From Camelus ferus (taxonomy: Eukaryota): a stretch of 64,000 nt of DNA. The DNA is taken from NCBI RefSeq assembly GCF_009834535.1, contig NC_045697.1, positions 87,794,001 through 87,858,000 on the forward strand, read 5' to 3'. Positions 52,490-63,490 of this stretch are shown here, piece after piece (within the stretch, counting starts at the first letter, position 1; each line of letters starts with the position of its first letter). The notes below the pieces were generated by a model. That model had not been told where the DNA came from, made no database searches, and worked only from the letters and a program-made list of their open reading frames with translations. Both the position numbers and the translations under genes were made by a program.

Positions 52490-53056
52490 TGTATTAGTTT
52501 TCAATGCTGTATAACAAACTGCTGCAAACTTATTGACTTAAAATCAAAACACATGTATTACTCACATTCCTGTGAGTCAGGTGACCAGGTGTGACTTAGC
52601 TGGTCCTTGGCTCCAAGTGTCCGAACAGGTAGGCTGGATTGCATCTTCATCTGGAGACTTGGTGAGAATCTGCTTCTGAGCTCCTTCAGATTGTTGGCAG
52701 AATTCATTTCTCTGTGGCTGCAGGACTAATGGTTTCAGTTTATTGCTGAAGCCAGCCTTCAGCTCCTAGAAGCTGCTCATGGTTCCTCGACATGTAGGCT
52801 TCTCCAAGTGGCCATTCATTTTATGACACCTTGCAATGGAGAGAGAGAGAACAGAGGGAACAAATCAGTCTGCTAGCAAGAAGGAGTCTTACAGAATGTA
52901 ATGTAGTTATGGGAGTGACATCCCATCACATTTGCCGTGTTCTTTTGGTTCAAAGTAAGTTGCGGATCTGACCCACACTCAAGGGGTGAGGATCATACAA
53001 AGGTGTGACCACCAGGAAGTGGGATCATAAGGGCCGCTTTAAAGCCTATTTGCTAT
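52490..53056 (-). mobile_element. MaLR solo LTR, MLT1E-like, within older MLT1 sequence (about 51620-53520)
   Basis: 'tgtattagttttc...gttggcagaattcatttctctgtggctg...atgggagtgacatcccatcac...cccacactcaagggg'. Confidence 0.85.
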
Positions 53057-53589
53057 AGAAAAACTTTCCAGAGAAAGTAACCATGGCTTCTAGGTGGGCT
53101 AAAGAAGGAGTTTAACTCCACCAGTAGGGGCTGGAGTCTTTGCTTTCCTGACTAACCAAACTTAATGATTGTTATGGATCAGAAACTATTGCATCTACTA
53201 CTTAACTGTTACTAGAGAGTAACTTTACTAAGATTATTTTGTTCTTTCTCCAGTGTTTTGTAGTGGTATACTGAAGGCAGATGCCTTGCATTTTAGTTTA
53301 TGAATCATCGAACCACAAGAAGCACATTAGGACTAAGCAATCTCAGAACTGGAGTTAAATGTAGTCACTGGATAGAATTTAGGGTCATTTCTTTGGCATG
53401 GAGAGGGTGTGTTCCATGGAGGGGAAGAATATAAATGTCTGTTTGAGTAGCCAAAGAGGCAGATTTTGTCAAAGAGTATTAGTTCTATGCCATCAGACCC
53501 ACTCTCATCACTCTATCCTTTCAAATTTTAGCTAGGCCCATGGAAATTTGAAATATGAAGACAATGAGTAGTCAATACAAGACATTAAC

Positions 53590-54080
53590 CAGGGTTTCTA
53601 GATGTCCCACAAACACAGAACTGTGTTGTACAAAAAAAGTTGTCCCGTAACACTCATGGATTTCTTTTTTTTTTAACTGTCTCCATTTTTATTAAAAATT
53701 GTATCGAAGTACTTATTCAATAGTGTATTGAAGAAAGAACAATATATTGAGGAAAGAATAGTATATTGAAGAAAATTGAAGTTTTAAAAATTTAAACGTG
53801 TAAATATTGAGGAGAATAAATACAACTTTACTCCAGATCATATAATTCTCTTAACACTCATGGCTTTCAAATGTCTACCCCCTGCATTATATGAAATACT
53901 GTTTACAGTTATCTGAGTCTAATCTCTATATGTGTATATGAAAAACCTGTTTACAGTTATCTGAGTCTAATCTCTAATCCTAGCTAAAAATAATCTTGAA
54001 TATTTTTACACATTTTGGATATACTTTGTGTCATCCAGAAAAGCAACTATGGTATAAATTGAGATAAGAAATGTATTTTG
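53590..54080 (+). mobile_element. MER20B-like hAT-Charlie element, interrupted by a retrocopy
   Basis: 'ttgtccc...ctttcaaatgtc...gaaaaacctgtttacagttatctgag...ccagaaaagcaactatggtataaattgag'. Confidence 0.6.
53665..53851 (-). pseudogene. orphan 5'-truncated processed retrocopy (transcript 3' end of unknown origin)
   Basis: T10 at 53665-53674, minus-strand AATAAA at 53688-53693, 17-bp TSD taacactcatgg(a/c)tttc at 53648-53664 and 53852-53868. Confidence 0.75.
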
Positions 54081-54129
54081 AATGCACATAGAATATACAT
54101 AAAGTCTAAGTAGATGTATATGTATTATA

Positions 54130-55620
54130 GAAATTGAATCTGTAATTAAAGACTTTCCTGCCAAAAAAATCCCAAATCTCTAGTTACAAATGGCTTGACA
54201 GGTTAATTCTAATATACATTTACAGAAAAAATAATAATAACCTCATTCAAACTTGTTGACAAAAAAAGGCAAGGGGAGGATATTTCTAATTCATTTCATT
54301 AAGCCAATATAAACCCAATACAAAACAGGCAAGGACATTACAAAAAAGGGAAAAAAGCACATACCAATATCCCCCATGGACCCATATAGAAAAAAATTTA
54401 AATTGTATACTAATAATCAGGTCCAGTTATATTAAAAGAACAGAAGTACATCATGATGGAATGCATTTTATCCAGTGATTTGCTGATAAATATTTAACAC
54501 CTGGCTCTCCAAATTAAAAAGGGATATATGGATATTATATATACATAGGCACACACAAGTTCATTATAAATTTACTGATATAAAGGATGTTTACTATAAG
54601 ATCTATAAATCTTAATAAAATATAAATTACTTTTATTGTTAATTCCATATAGTTAATTAGTCTCATTGATTTTATTGATTTTTACTGAACTATATTTGTT
54701 GACAACCTATGGTTGCAACAGATGAATAAGTGCAGTTTCAATATAAATGTTGGTTGATATTTTGGTTTACGTTAATGAGTAAGACAAAAGTGAAATAACA
54801 AAGTGTAGTAGGACTTCACCCATTCATCAATAATATGAGCACCATTTTTTGCTGAATCAACTAATGGTTTTCAAATACTGGAAGTTAGTTTAAGCAGTTT
54901 TGTCTTATACACAATATAATGGCTAGACACACACACTTTTAAGTTAAATCAGCATTATTAGCTTTTTCTTCCTCACTTTTATAAGGATAGATAATCAATA
55001 AAACAATAAATCAAGCTCTGATTTGTAATATTTGCTTATTATCATGGTGCAAATACTTCCAGCATGAGAGTTTAAGTTATCAATGTGACATCACTGAGCA
55101 GGAGTAGGGAGGCATACCACTACATAGTATTTCCATCGTACAGATAAAATAGATAAAAATCACCTCAAGAGCACAGGTGATAGTGAAATGTAATAATTAG
55201 GAAGTGATGAGTTTTGAGGATTTAGTTCTTTTGTTTTTAATACATTCTCTTCTTAAGTTTATATAATTTAGTATTTAATAATGTCTGTATTTAAAACTAG
55301 CTAGAAGAATTCTTGAAAATTGAACTATTGACTCTTAGGGGTTGGTACAATCTTATTCCAGCACAACACTGGTTTTATCCTAGGAATGCAAGATTGATAT
55401 AACATTTTAAAATGAGCACTATAATACACAACATCAACAGGATAACAAAGAAAAAATCATGTAGTCTTTTCAATAAATGAGTAAAAATATTTGATACAAT
55501 TCAATAGTCATTGATAACAAAAACTCTCAGCTATCTATAACTTTCAAAAGTAGCCTCATCAATGTGATAAACGGTATCCACAAAAACCCTACAGCTAACA
55601 TCACAGTCAGTGATGAAAAT
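54130..55620 (+). mobile_element. old L1 ORF2 (RT region) fragment split by MER63
   Basis: 'aaatggcttgacaggttaattct', 'aattcatttcattaagccaatat', resumes 'ttttatcctaggaatgcaag...aaaaccctacagctaacatca'. Confidence 0.8.
54473..55371. mobile_element. MER63-like hAT (Blackjack) non-autonomous transposon, about 900 bp
   Basis: TIRs cagtgatttgctg / cagcacaacactg; 8-bp TSD attttatc (54465-54472) and gttttatc (55372-55379). Confidence 0.82.
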
Positions 55621-56988
55621 GGTGGTGAGATACGGGTAAGGCACGGGTAAGTCTGCAATAGTACTAACTGACCAGGGCAACAGGACGCAAGAGCAGAACA
55701 ATGAGTTAGTTGATGGCGGTTATACAGAAACTGAAGTTACAGCAACACTTCGGAAGCCTCAAGCTTCATAAAATTAACATTCATGTGAAAGGAATGGACT
55801 GACAAGTCCTATGAGGTAGCAATAGACACTTTCTTACACAACAAGACACTGCTTAAGAGCTAGAGGCTCAGATGAGAATCATCTCAGACCGTGCAGTCAA
55901 GTTCTGTACCAACCAAGGATCAACAGGTTGGCATTCCAGATTCTGCAACCGCAGCTAGTCTGAGACAGTGCGGCTTTTCTTTTGAGTCTGGTAGAATTAC
56001 TGCATTGTTGGGAAGGTAACTCCAGGAAATTATAAAAAGCAAAAGTTAGCAAGAAGAATTACAGTCATGCAAAAGAAACTTAAATCCAGAATATTAAGTT
56101 TGTATCTTCTTTCTATGTAATAACATTTCTGTGTTTTTTCTTCTAATTATAATGTCTAATGCATTTAAGAGAAATGGATAGGCTAGATTTAAAGTTTTAA
56201 TTGGATGTTTTGAAGGATTTTATTAAGTAGTTTTGCAGATAATGAGGAAATTTGTTAAATACATGAATTTTTATTTGTTAATTTTATAAATATTGTGGCT
56301 ACTTAGAGGAATGCTGTTTGTTTAATGTTAAGAAAATGTTAATGTTTAAATAACCAAATAAATATATTATGCATTAAGTAGGAGAGGTGGTGATAAATTT
56401 CCATATCAGTGTGTGACAATCCATTCAGACATTGACAATTCCATTGAAAATATAGACAAATGTTTAAATTCAAGGATGCCCATCCAGAATTATTCATAAT
56501 AGTAAATATTATCTAACGATCTAATCTAGGACTCTGGGTGAGCAGATTAGCACTTATTATCATTGGATACTAATAAAATAATTTGTAGAAATGCTATACA
56601 AAATATTCAATATAAAGAAATATGCGAAAAGAACAAAGGAGAAAATAGTGTGTATAATATTTAAAATTCTATTATAGATAGATGTTCAAATAAAATTTTA
56701 TTTCTCAGTTTAAAGGCCAGCCAGCAAGAAAATATGATTTTTTTTGGTAAGAATCTGTCAAGTCATAGAATAGAATACACTATAAAGATCTAATAGCACA
56801 AAGTTTTCCATTTGTAGTTTTTAAAAGCCTGTGTTCATAAAAGAAGTCTGGAAATAAGTGAGAAGTGCAAAATTCATTTATTAGGAATATTTTTTAACTT
56901 GGAAATACTTGTTTATGTTACAAACTCCCCCAAACAAAATTTTCTCATAATTATATGTTACATGTGCACACAAACCTATGTATGTACA

Positions 56989-57243
56989 TTTCTTTCTGCC
57001 CTGGTCATAAAACTCCATACATGTTCTTTCTTACTCTTGTTTGGGGGGACTTTGGGGCCATGTAGGTAAGCTAGTGATGTAACCAGAAGGAAGGAGATGG
57101 ATGCTAGAGTCACCACGTAAAGAATAATGACCAAAGGCTTGAATTGGAGGTGACCTAAGTGAGACATGAAACTTTGTCATGTTAAACCACTGAGACCTGC
57201 GTTTATTTTGTTACCCTAACAAATCCTGGCCTATCTTAATACA
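56989..57243 (+). mobile_element. 3' half of an old MLT1 LTR, inverted relative to its other half
   Basis: ends with MLT1 terminus 'gttaaaccactgagac...tttgttacc...cctggcctatcttaataca'. Confidence 0.7.
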
Positions 57244-57417
57244 GTGTCCTGATATGGAAAATAGTCATTGAATTGTGCTAATGGAAGACAGTGGAAGATG
57301 AAAATGACTGAGTTGTTACATGGTGGAATGAAGTGAGGATCTCAAACATGAAAGATAATTGCTTTGATTGATTTTGATAAATCATATTTTTCTTTTTAAA
57401 TTGCAAAAGACAAATTC

Positions 57418-57812
57418 ACACTGAAGAAAAAAGACATTAACAAAAATACTTAAATCATATTTATTCTTGCAGTCTAAAATAATTACTGTTAATATTTTTC
57501 ATATGACCCTCTATTATTATGTGCTTGCATATGTATGTATATGCACTATATATAGTATATACCATAGTATATATGTGTGCTGTACAAACTCCCCCAAACA
57601 AGATTTTCTCATAATTATGTGCATATGTACATAAACCTATGTATGTACAGTATACATATATACTATGGTATATACTTTATACAGTACATATACATATATA
57701 TGCAAGCACATAGTAATAGAAGGTCATATGAAAAATATTAACAGTAGTTATTTTGGACTGAAAGAATAAATATGATTTAAATATTTTTGTTAATGCCTTT
57801 TTTCTTCAGTGT
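57418..57812. repeat. long inverted repeat: 169-bp arms (57418-57586, 57644-57812), 57-bp spacer
   Basis: manual ungapped alignment, about 13 mismatches in 169 bp (about 92%); arm resembles an old L1ME-type 3' UTR. Confidence 0.97.
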
Positions 57813-59420
57813 TCCTATCCCATTGGCCAGAATTGTCATATAGCCCCAATATACCTGGAAGGGAGGCTCGGAAATGTAGCCTTCCTGTGTTCCCTGAAGG
57901 AGAAATGGGATCAGTGCATGTTTAGTTAGCTTTTGTCAAAGCTCCCCCTTCAGATGACCAAATAACACTTTCACGCTCCCTCCCATACCTAGAACATATA
58001 TTGACCCTTTTTAAGAGGGACAACTCAAAGTACTACCCAGTTATTAAATCCAGTAGAAAGTTCGCAATATTCAGGTGTATTAGTACCAATAAGGGATATG
58101 CATATATTTCAAGAGAAAGATTTATTTTAAGGAATTGGCTCACATGATTGTGGAGGTTTGGTTAGTTTGAAATCTGATGCGGGAGTCCAAAAGGCTGGAG
58201 ACTTAGGGAAGAGTTCAGTTTGAGTCCAAAGACAGTCTGCTGACAGAATTCTTCCTTGCTCAGGGGAGGTCAATCTTTGTTCTAGTAAGACCTTCAACTA
58301 GTTGAATGAGGTTCACCCACATTATGAAGGGTAATCTTTTTAACTCAAAATCCACTGATTTAAAAGCTAATCTCATTTAAAAAAACACCATTACAGAAAC
58401 ATTTAGAAAAATGTTTTTGATTGAATACCTGAGCACTATGGCCTAGTCAAATTGACACATGAAATTAAGTATCATCTCAAGTAATAAACCATTCTGTTAC
58501 AGGGTTTAGAGATGGTACCTCTCAGTGTAGTCCCTCGAAATTAAAAGACAAGTTATTTAGCTCATTTCTGTGCTTTTTTGTCTTCAAGCCTCTCTCTTTT
58601 GACTTAGGGACAGCTACTTCAGCCTATCTGGAAACAAAACAAATGAGGAGAACATACCCTTAATCTCATCTTTTCCTAGGTTTTCTTTATTCAATTGAGA
58701 AGTTTTTTTACTGGACCATTATTGCTAATAGCATCCAAAAAACCCACTTTCCACCCCTTCAGGTTTAGAAGCAGCTAGATTTCTTCAAACTTGCAATGTC
58801 TCAAGTTCTTTTCCCTGAGATAATCACTTACAAACTAGACAATTCTTTTCTAAATTCATCCTTTTCCTGTAATAACTTGTTAAGCACAGCCAATAATAGT
58901 CAAAACACAATAACATGGTATTTTCCAGGCTATCCCCCTAGAGCTTTTCACTCAGCAGGCACATGGTCTGCCTCTCAAGTTATTGCACGAGACAGCTTAT
59001 CCAAATATTTTGTCACTGTGCAACATAGATTGTCAACTGCTAAGCCCCTCATATCAGTTCCTTTGCTTATTCTACCTGTGAGCGAAGTCAGTGCCCTGTA
59101 TTTTAGGTTTGTTACATCAGTGCTCTACTTCAGGTGTCAATTTTTGGAATAGACACGATAGACTAGGCCATGCTGCAATAACAAACAAATCCCCCAATCT
59201 CAGTAGCTTAATACAATAAAGGTTTATTTCTTGCTCATTTCACAGTTTGATGTGGCTTGGGAAGTTCTTTTTGGCAGCTCTCCTCTAAGCAGTGACTCCA
59301 GGCTTCTTCTATCTTGAAGTGTTGCCATCTTAAACATACAGTTTTCAAGGTTGCCACAGAATGAGAAGACAGAGTGCATCAGAGAGAGAGAGAGAGAGAA
59401 AGAAAGGTAGAGGTTAGAGG
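57813..59420 (-). mobile_element. old MLT1 provirus remnant (LTR half, internal region, second LTR part), interrupted by MLT2
   Basis: 'cccattggccagaa...gtcatatagcc...aagggaggctcggaaatgtagc' at left; 'ctaggccatgctgcaataacaaac...aatctcagtagcttaa...aaaggtttatttcttgctca' at about 59160; MLT-int-like sequence between. Confidence 0.6.
58076..58476 (-). mobile_element. ERVL solo LTR, MLT2D-like
   Basis: 'gatttattttaaggaattggctcacatgattgtggagg...gagtccaaagacagtctgctg...cccacattatgaagggtaatct...tggcctagtcaaattgacacatgaaattaa'. Confidence 0.88.
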
Positions 59421-60697
59421 TAGAGGTAGAGACAGAACTAAACTAAGGGTGAATGTGTAGTAAGTGCCCAAATACTTCAAAGACAGTGACAGACACATCC
59501 CCACCAGACCAACAGTGAGGCAGTCTGGTTGTTTAGCTATCCATCTCCATCATGCCTGAATGGCAGTAACTTAGAGAGCCTTGACCAAATTATATGAAGA
59601 GATTCTGGGGAAAAGAACACTGTACTGAAGCAAAGTGGGAATATCATAGAAGGAGAATTCCTGGCATTTTATTTCCTGACTGCCTGCTTGCTGAGCTGCT
59701 AATGCACGTGGGCTTGCTATGGAGCAGGACCTTGGAGGAGCTGGCTTCCTTCTTGTGGACTGTAGAGGCAGATTTTGACCTTTGCTTGGAAAAGTTCATA
59801 GGTGGCAGGATGACTGCAGCTCACACTGGCAGAGTAAGGAGAGAGGGGAGCTGTGGGATCAGCCTGCAGGTTTTTAGTCTAGCAGGTTTAGGATGCATGC
59901 ACTGTCCTGGGACCAGGTAGAGGCTGGAAGACAGGACTCATTTTGAAAGAGTGACGGTTGCCAAAGGAGTCAGGGAAAGGCAGAGTACTGAGGGCCCCAT
60001 TAGAAGGGAACACGGAGAAGAAATCAGTGAAAGTATCCCATGAGAGAGCGCCAAAGAGAATTATTCCTTGTAAGTTGTTTATTTGCTTTAGTTAGAAAAG
60101 TGCATATGAAACTGAAAAGCTTATTAACAAGTCTAACTAGGTATTTTAAAATTTCTGCTTGAAATGATGACAACTGTGTATTTCCCTAGCTTATACATGA
60201 TCTTCAGGCTGACAGAATTTCTGGAAACTTTGCTTTTGTCTGAACTGGGTTGATCCATAAACTCATTCAAACATGCATTATGAATTCACAACATTTATAA
60301 GTATATGATATCTGATGGCCTTGGATATCAGACAGAAAAATCTATCCCCCAAACTATAAGGTGGTTTTCTTAGCATCGGGATTACATTTCTTATTGTTTC
60401 ATGGCACTCTCACAATAACAACAAAAAAAGAACAGCCCTTGGGTACATTAATCAGCAAAATTATTAGTCTGAATCACTGCAATCTGTTCACCTTAAGGTT
60501 TCTTACAGAGTCTATGGAATCTACAAACTTGTTTGATATACTTTCTGCTCTTTCATTTGCCACCATCCTTCTTTTAAGATAAACACAACAACAATAAAGG
60601 CATAAAAAATTTGTGATGGACAGGTATTTTAACACCAACAGAGTAAAGCAATGATCCCGAATTAAGAAAAAAAAAAAAAACCCCAAACATACTAGCT

Positions 60698-60866
60698 TTT
60701 CTTTTTTCCCCTTCCTTCCCTTGCTTTCTTCTGTTTTCTCCATTTTCTTTTATGTTCCATTCTTTTTCCCTATCTTCCTTCTTCATTTCCTTCCTTATCT
60801 CCACCTCCTCTTGGCTTCCTTTCCCCCTCTTTACCTATTCTTTTCCTTTCTTCCTATTTTTTTCTT
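60698..60866. repeat. CT-rich low-complexity polypyrimidine tract
   Basis: about 170 bp nearly all C/T; similar tract at 51050-51130. Confidence 0.8.
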
Positions 60867-62019
60867 AAATGAGAACCTCCCCACCCCAACACAGTGTCAG
60901 CTGTGCTGCTGGTCCTGGCACAAGTGCGTCTACTGCCCTCATCAGCATTGCTTGGGGAGGAGCCAGTGTTCTTCATGAACTGGATCTGCTGCAGGGTCCC
61001 AGTTACTGCAGTCTGCGGGTCCCAGTTACTGGAGGCTGCAGCTCCCGGGGCACAGGACATTCTGGAGCACACCAGCAGTTCCCTGAATGGCCTGAGCCTG
61101 GTGGTGACTTCACAGTTTCAGAGAGAAATTGGGAGGAACTGTGCTGTCAACAACAGGAAGTTGGTGAAAAATGAAAGATGCCCTTGGGGAGTGAAATGAA
61201 GAGCAGATGGCTTTAATTGTTAGCCTTGCTGTGACAACTGACAAGAGAAATTCTGCTCTCTTGACATTTAAAAGATACCAGAAATACCAGTGACCACATT
61301 CCATGGCTTCTTGAAGGTTTCCATGTCAGGGAGTTCAAACTCCTCTTTATTTTTATTACTGAACAGTCCATAAAAACTGCAGGTGATAAGATTCCTGATG
61401 GACTAGCCCTCTAGTAGTTTGATAAGTCACTGAAATGCACACAGTCTAAGGAAGTGGAGAGCCATAGGTGGAGGGAGGCGCTCAGGCAGGGAAGTGCTGA
61501 GGGATTTACTTGCTGCTGCAAGTGGAGCACAAGATCCATCTCTGTAAGCCCATGAGATTTTTTCTTCCTATGGCTCTTTGTAGAAATCTAGTTTAAATTT
61601 TTGTTTGTCATACTGTGGAATAGCCCTCCTTTAAAAAAAAAGGTAAAAAGACTTCTACAGAAGCTCTGAAGAAATGAAGTAAAAGAGAAATAGATGTTAA
61701 CTCAGATTTATGCTGCCTTATTTGCACAATTTCCGTGTAAGACCTAGAAGGCTGAAGTATGGAAGACGGCAAGTGTAGCCCTACGTAGAAGGCATGTTCA
61801 GAAACAAAAATAAATACCCTTAATACTGAGAATTAGTGACTCTATTACAGCAATATAGGATTATTGGATTGAAGGGTCCCGATGCATTCTCAGTATTAAT
61901 AAATCTCTTTCTTCCCTAGTGATATGAAAATAAAAATATTTAACCATTACTGAAATATTATTTTAAAGGCTATTAAAGTCAGACTTATGTGTGAAAAATA
62001 AGTATTTAGTTTTCAGGCA

Positions 62020-62343
62020 GATACTATGGTGCCTCTATGACAACCACAATAACCTAATTTTCTAATTTTTTCATTGGGATTTGGTGTATAAATCTCCCAG
62101 CAACCCCAGTCCTAGGTGGGATAATGCTATAGCATCTTTTCTACATTGGCTCCCAAAGGGTCCCAGCAGAATGCAGTTCCAGTTACCCACACTGACAACT
62201 GGCTTGAAAATGAATGCTTTATTGGCCTCCCTCTCTTCCCTGTCTCAATTCTCCATTCCCCTACTTGTGTTTACTGACTTTATAGCCTACTGGGACTGGA
62301 ATCTTTGTCTTCGGCCTGCTTCGGGAAGAACCCAAAATAAAAC
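62020..62343 (+). mobile_element. ERVL LTR, LTR16-like
   Basis: 'ttggcctccctctcttccctgtctca...aatctttgtcttcggcctgcttcgggaagaacccaaaataaaaca' terminus. Confidence 0.65.
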
Positions 62344-62988
62344 ACCTTCCCTGACGTACACACCCATTCCGAGCAGTGCTTTTACAGTCTTCCCACATAC
62401 CCTGTGAGATCATCCTAATCACACTCTATTTTAATCATTTGTTGATTTGTTCTCATTTTTTATACCACTTTTTGAAGTTAAGAACTGTGATTTACTCTCC
62501 ATATTTGGATCCAAATATAGATAGATAGTACTTACAAATGTTGTTGAATGAACGCAAAGTTCTTCCAACTGTGTTGTGGTTCTGATCTACTTAGTCACAA
62601 GTCTTTGCATTTCTTTCATATCTCCTGCCCAAACTATCCACTTCCTACACCATCACCCCCAGCTCAGGCTCTTATAATTTTCTACATAAATTACTGCAAT
62701 TGTTTCCTACCTGTTCTGTTAGACTCCAATGTCAGGTCTCTCTATTTTACACCACACTTCAAACCACAGGACATCAATCATCCTGAAAATGCTGGTGTCA
62801 CCTTGTCTCTTCCTTCCATAAAACCACTAGTAGTTCTCGCCAGCTTTTTATGATAGTCTAGCATTTTGCTAAGGTTCTCATTTATTGCATTTCCTCTCTA
62901 TCTAGATAAATCTTATCTATTGGAGATGTAGTGTCATAGTGTAACAGCACTAGAGGCAGACTGCCTGTTCAAATCTTAGATCTAATGC

Positions 62989-63490
62989 TGTGTTGGAGGG
63001 AAGATGGCCCCTAAAAGACAGCAGGTCCTAATCAATGGAACCTGTGAATGTTACCTTATATCATAGACTTTTTACAGAACTGATTAAATTTAAAAATCTT
63101 GAGATGAGGAAATTATATTGGATTACCTGGCTGGGTGTTAAATGCCATCACAAACATCCTCCTAAGAGATGCAGAGGGAGATTAGATACATACACACAGA
63201 CTAGAAAGTATTGTGAAAATGGAATAATGAGAGATTTGAAGATGCTGGCCTTGAAGACTGGAGCGCAGTGTCCACAAGCCAAGGAATGTTAGGAGCCACC
63301 AGAAACTGAAAGAGTCAAGGGAGAGATTCTCTGGAAGAATCTCTGGAAGGAAAACAGCCCTGTGAACACCTCGATTTCAGCCAAGTGGTACTTAGGTCAG
63401 ACTTCTGGAACTGTGAGAGAAGACATTTTTGTTGTTTTAAGCCACCAGATTTGTGATAATTTGTTACATCAGCTACAGGAAGCTAAAGCA
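62989..63490 (+). mobile_element. MaLR solo LTR, MLT1C/D-like, inserted in a MIR (about 62925-62988 and 63491-63660)
   Basis: 'ggaacctgtgaatgttaccttat...ttgaagatgctggccttgaagactggag...ccacaagccaaggaatg...gttgttttaagccacca...aatttgttaca'; MIR resumes 'cttgggcaac...ctctctaagtctcagtctcctcatctataaaat'. Confidence 0.88.

Noticed and set aside
57418..57812. Inverted repeat as a MITE or an assembly artefact
   Set aside because: It has no TSD or transposon termini, its spacer is copied from local DNA, and the arms differ by about 8% with a transition bias.
376..63292. All ORF-track entries as genes
   Set aside because: They are short (60-168 aa), many lie in decayed repeats or start at non-ATG codons, and none has a recognisable domain or consistent exon chain.
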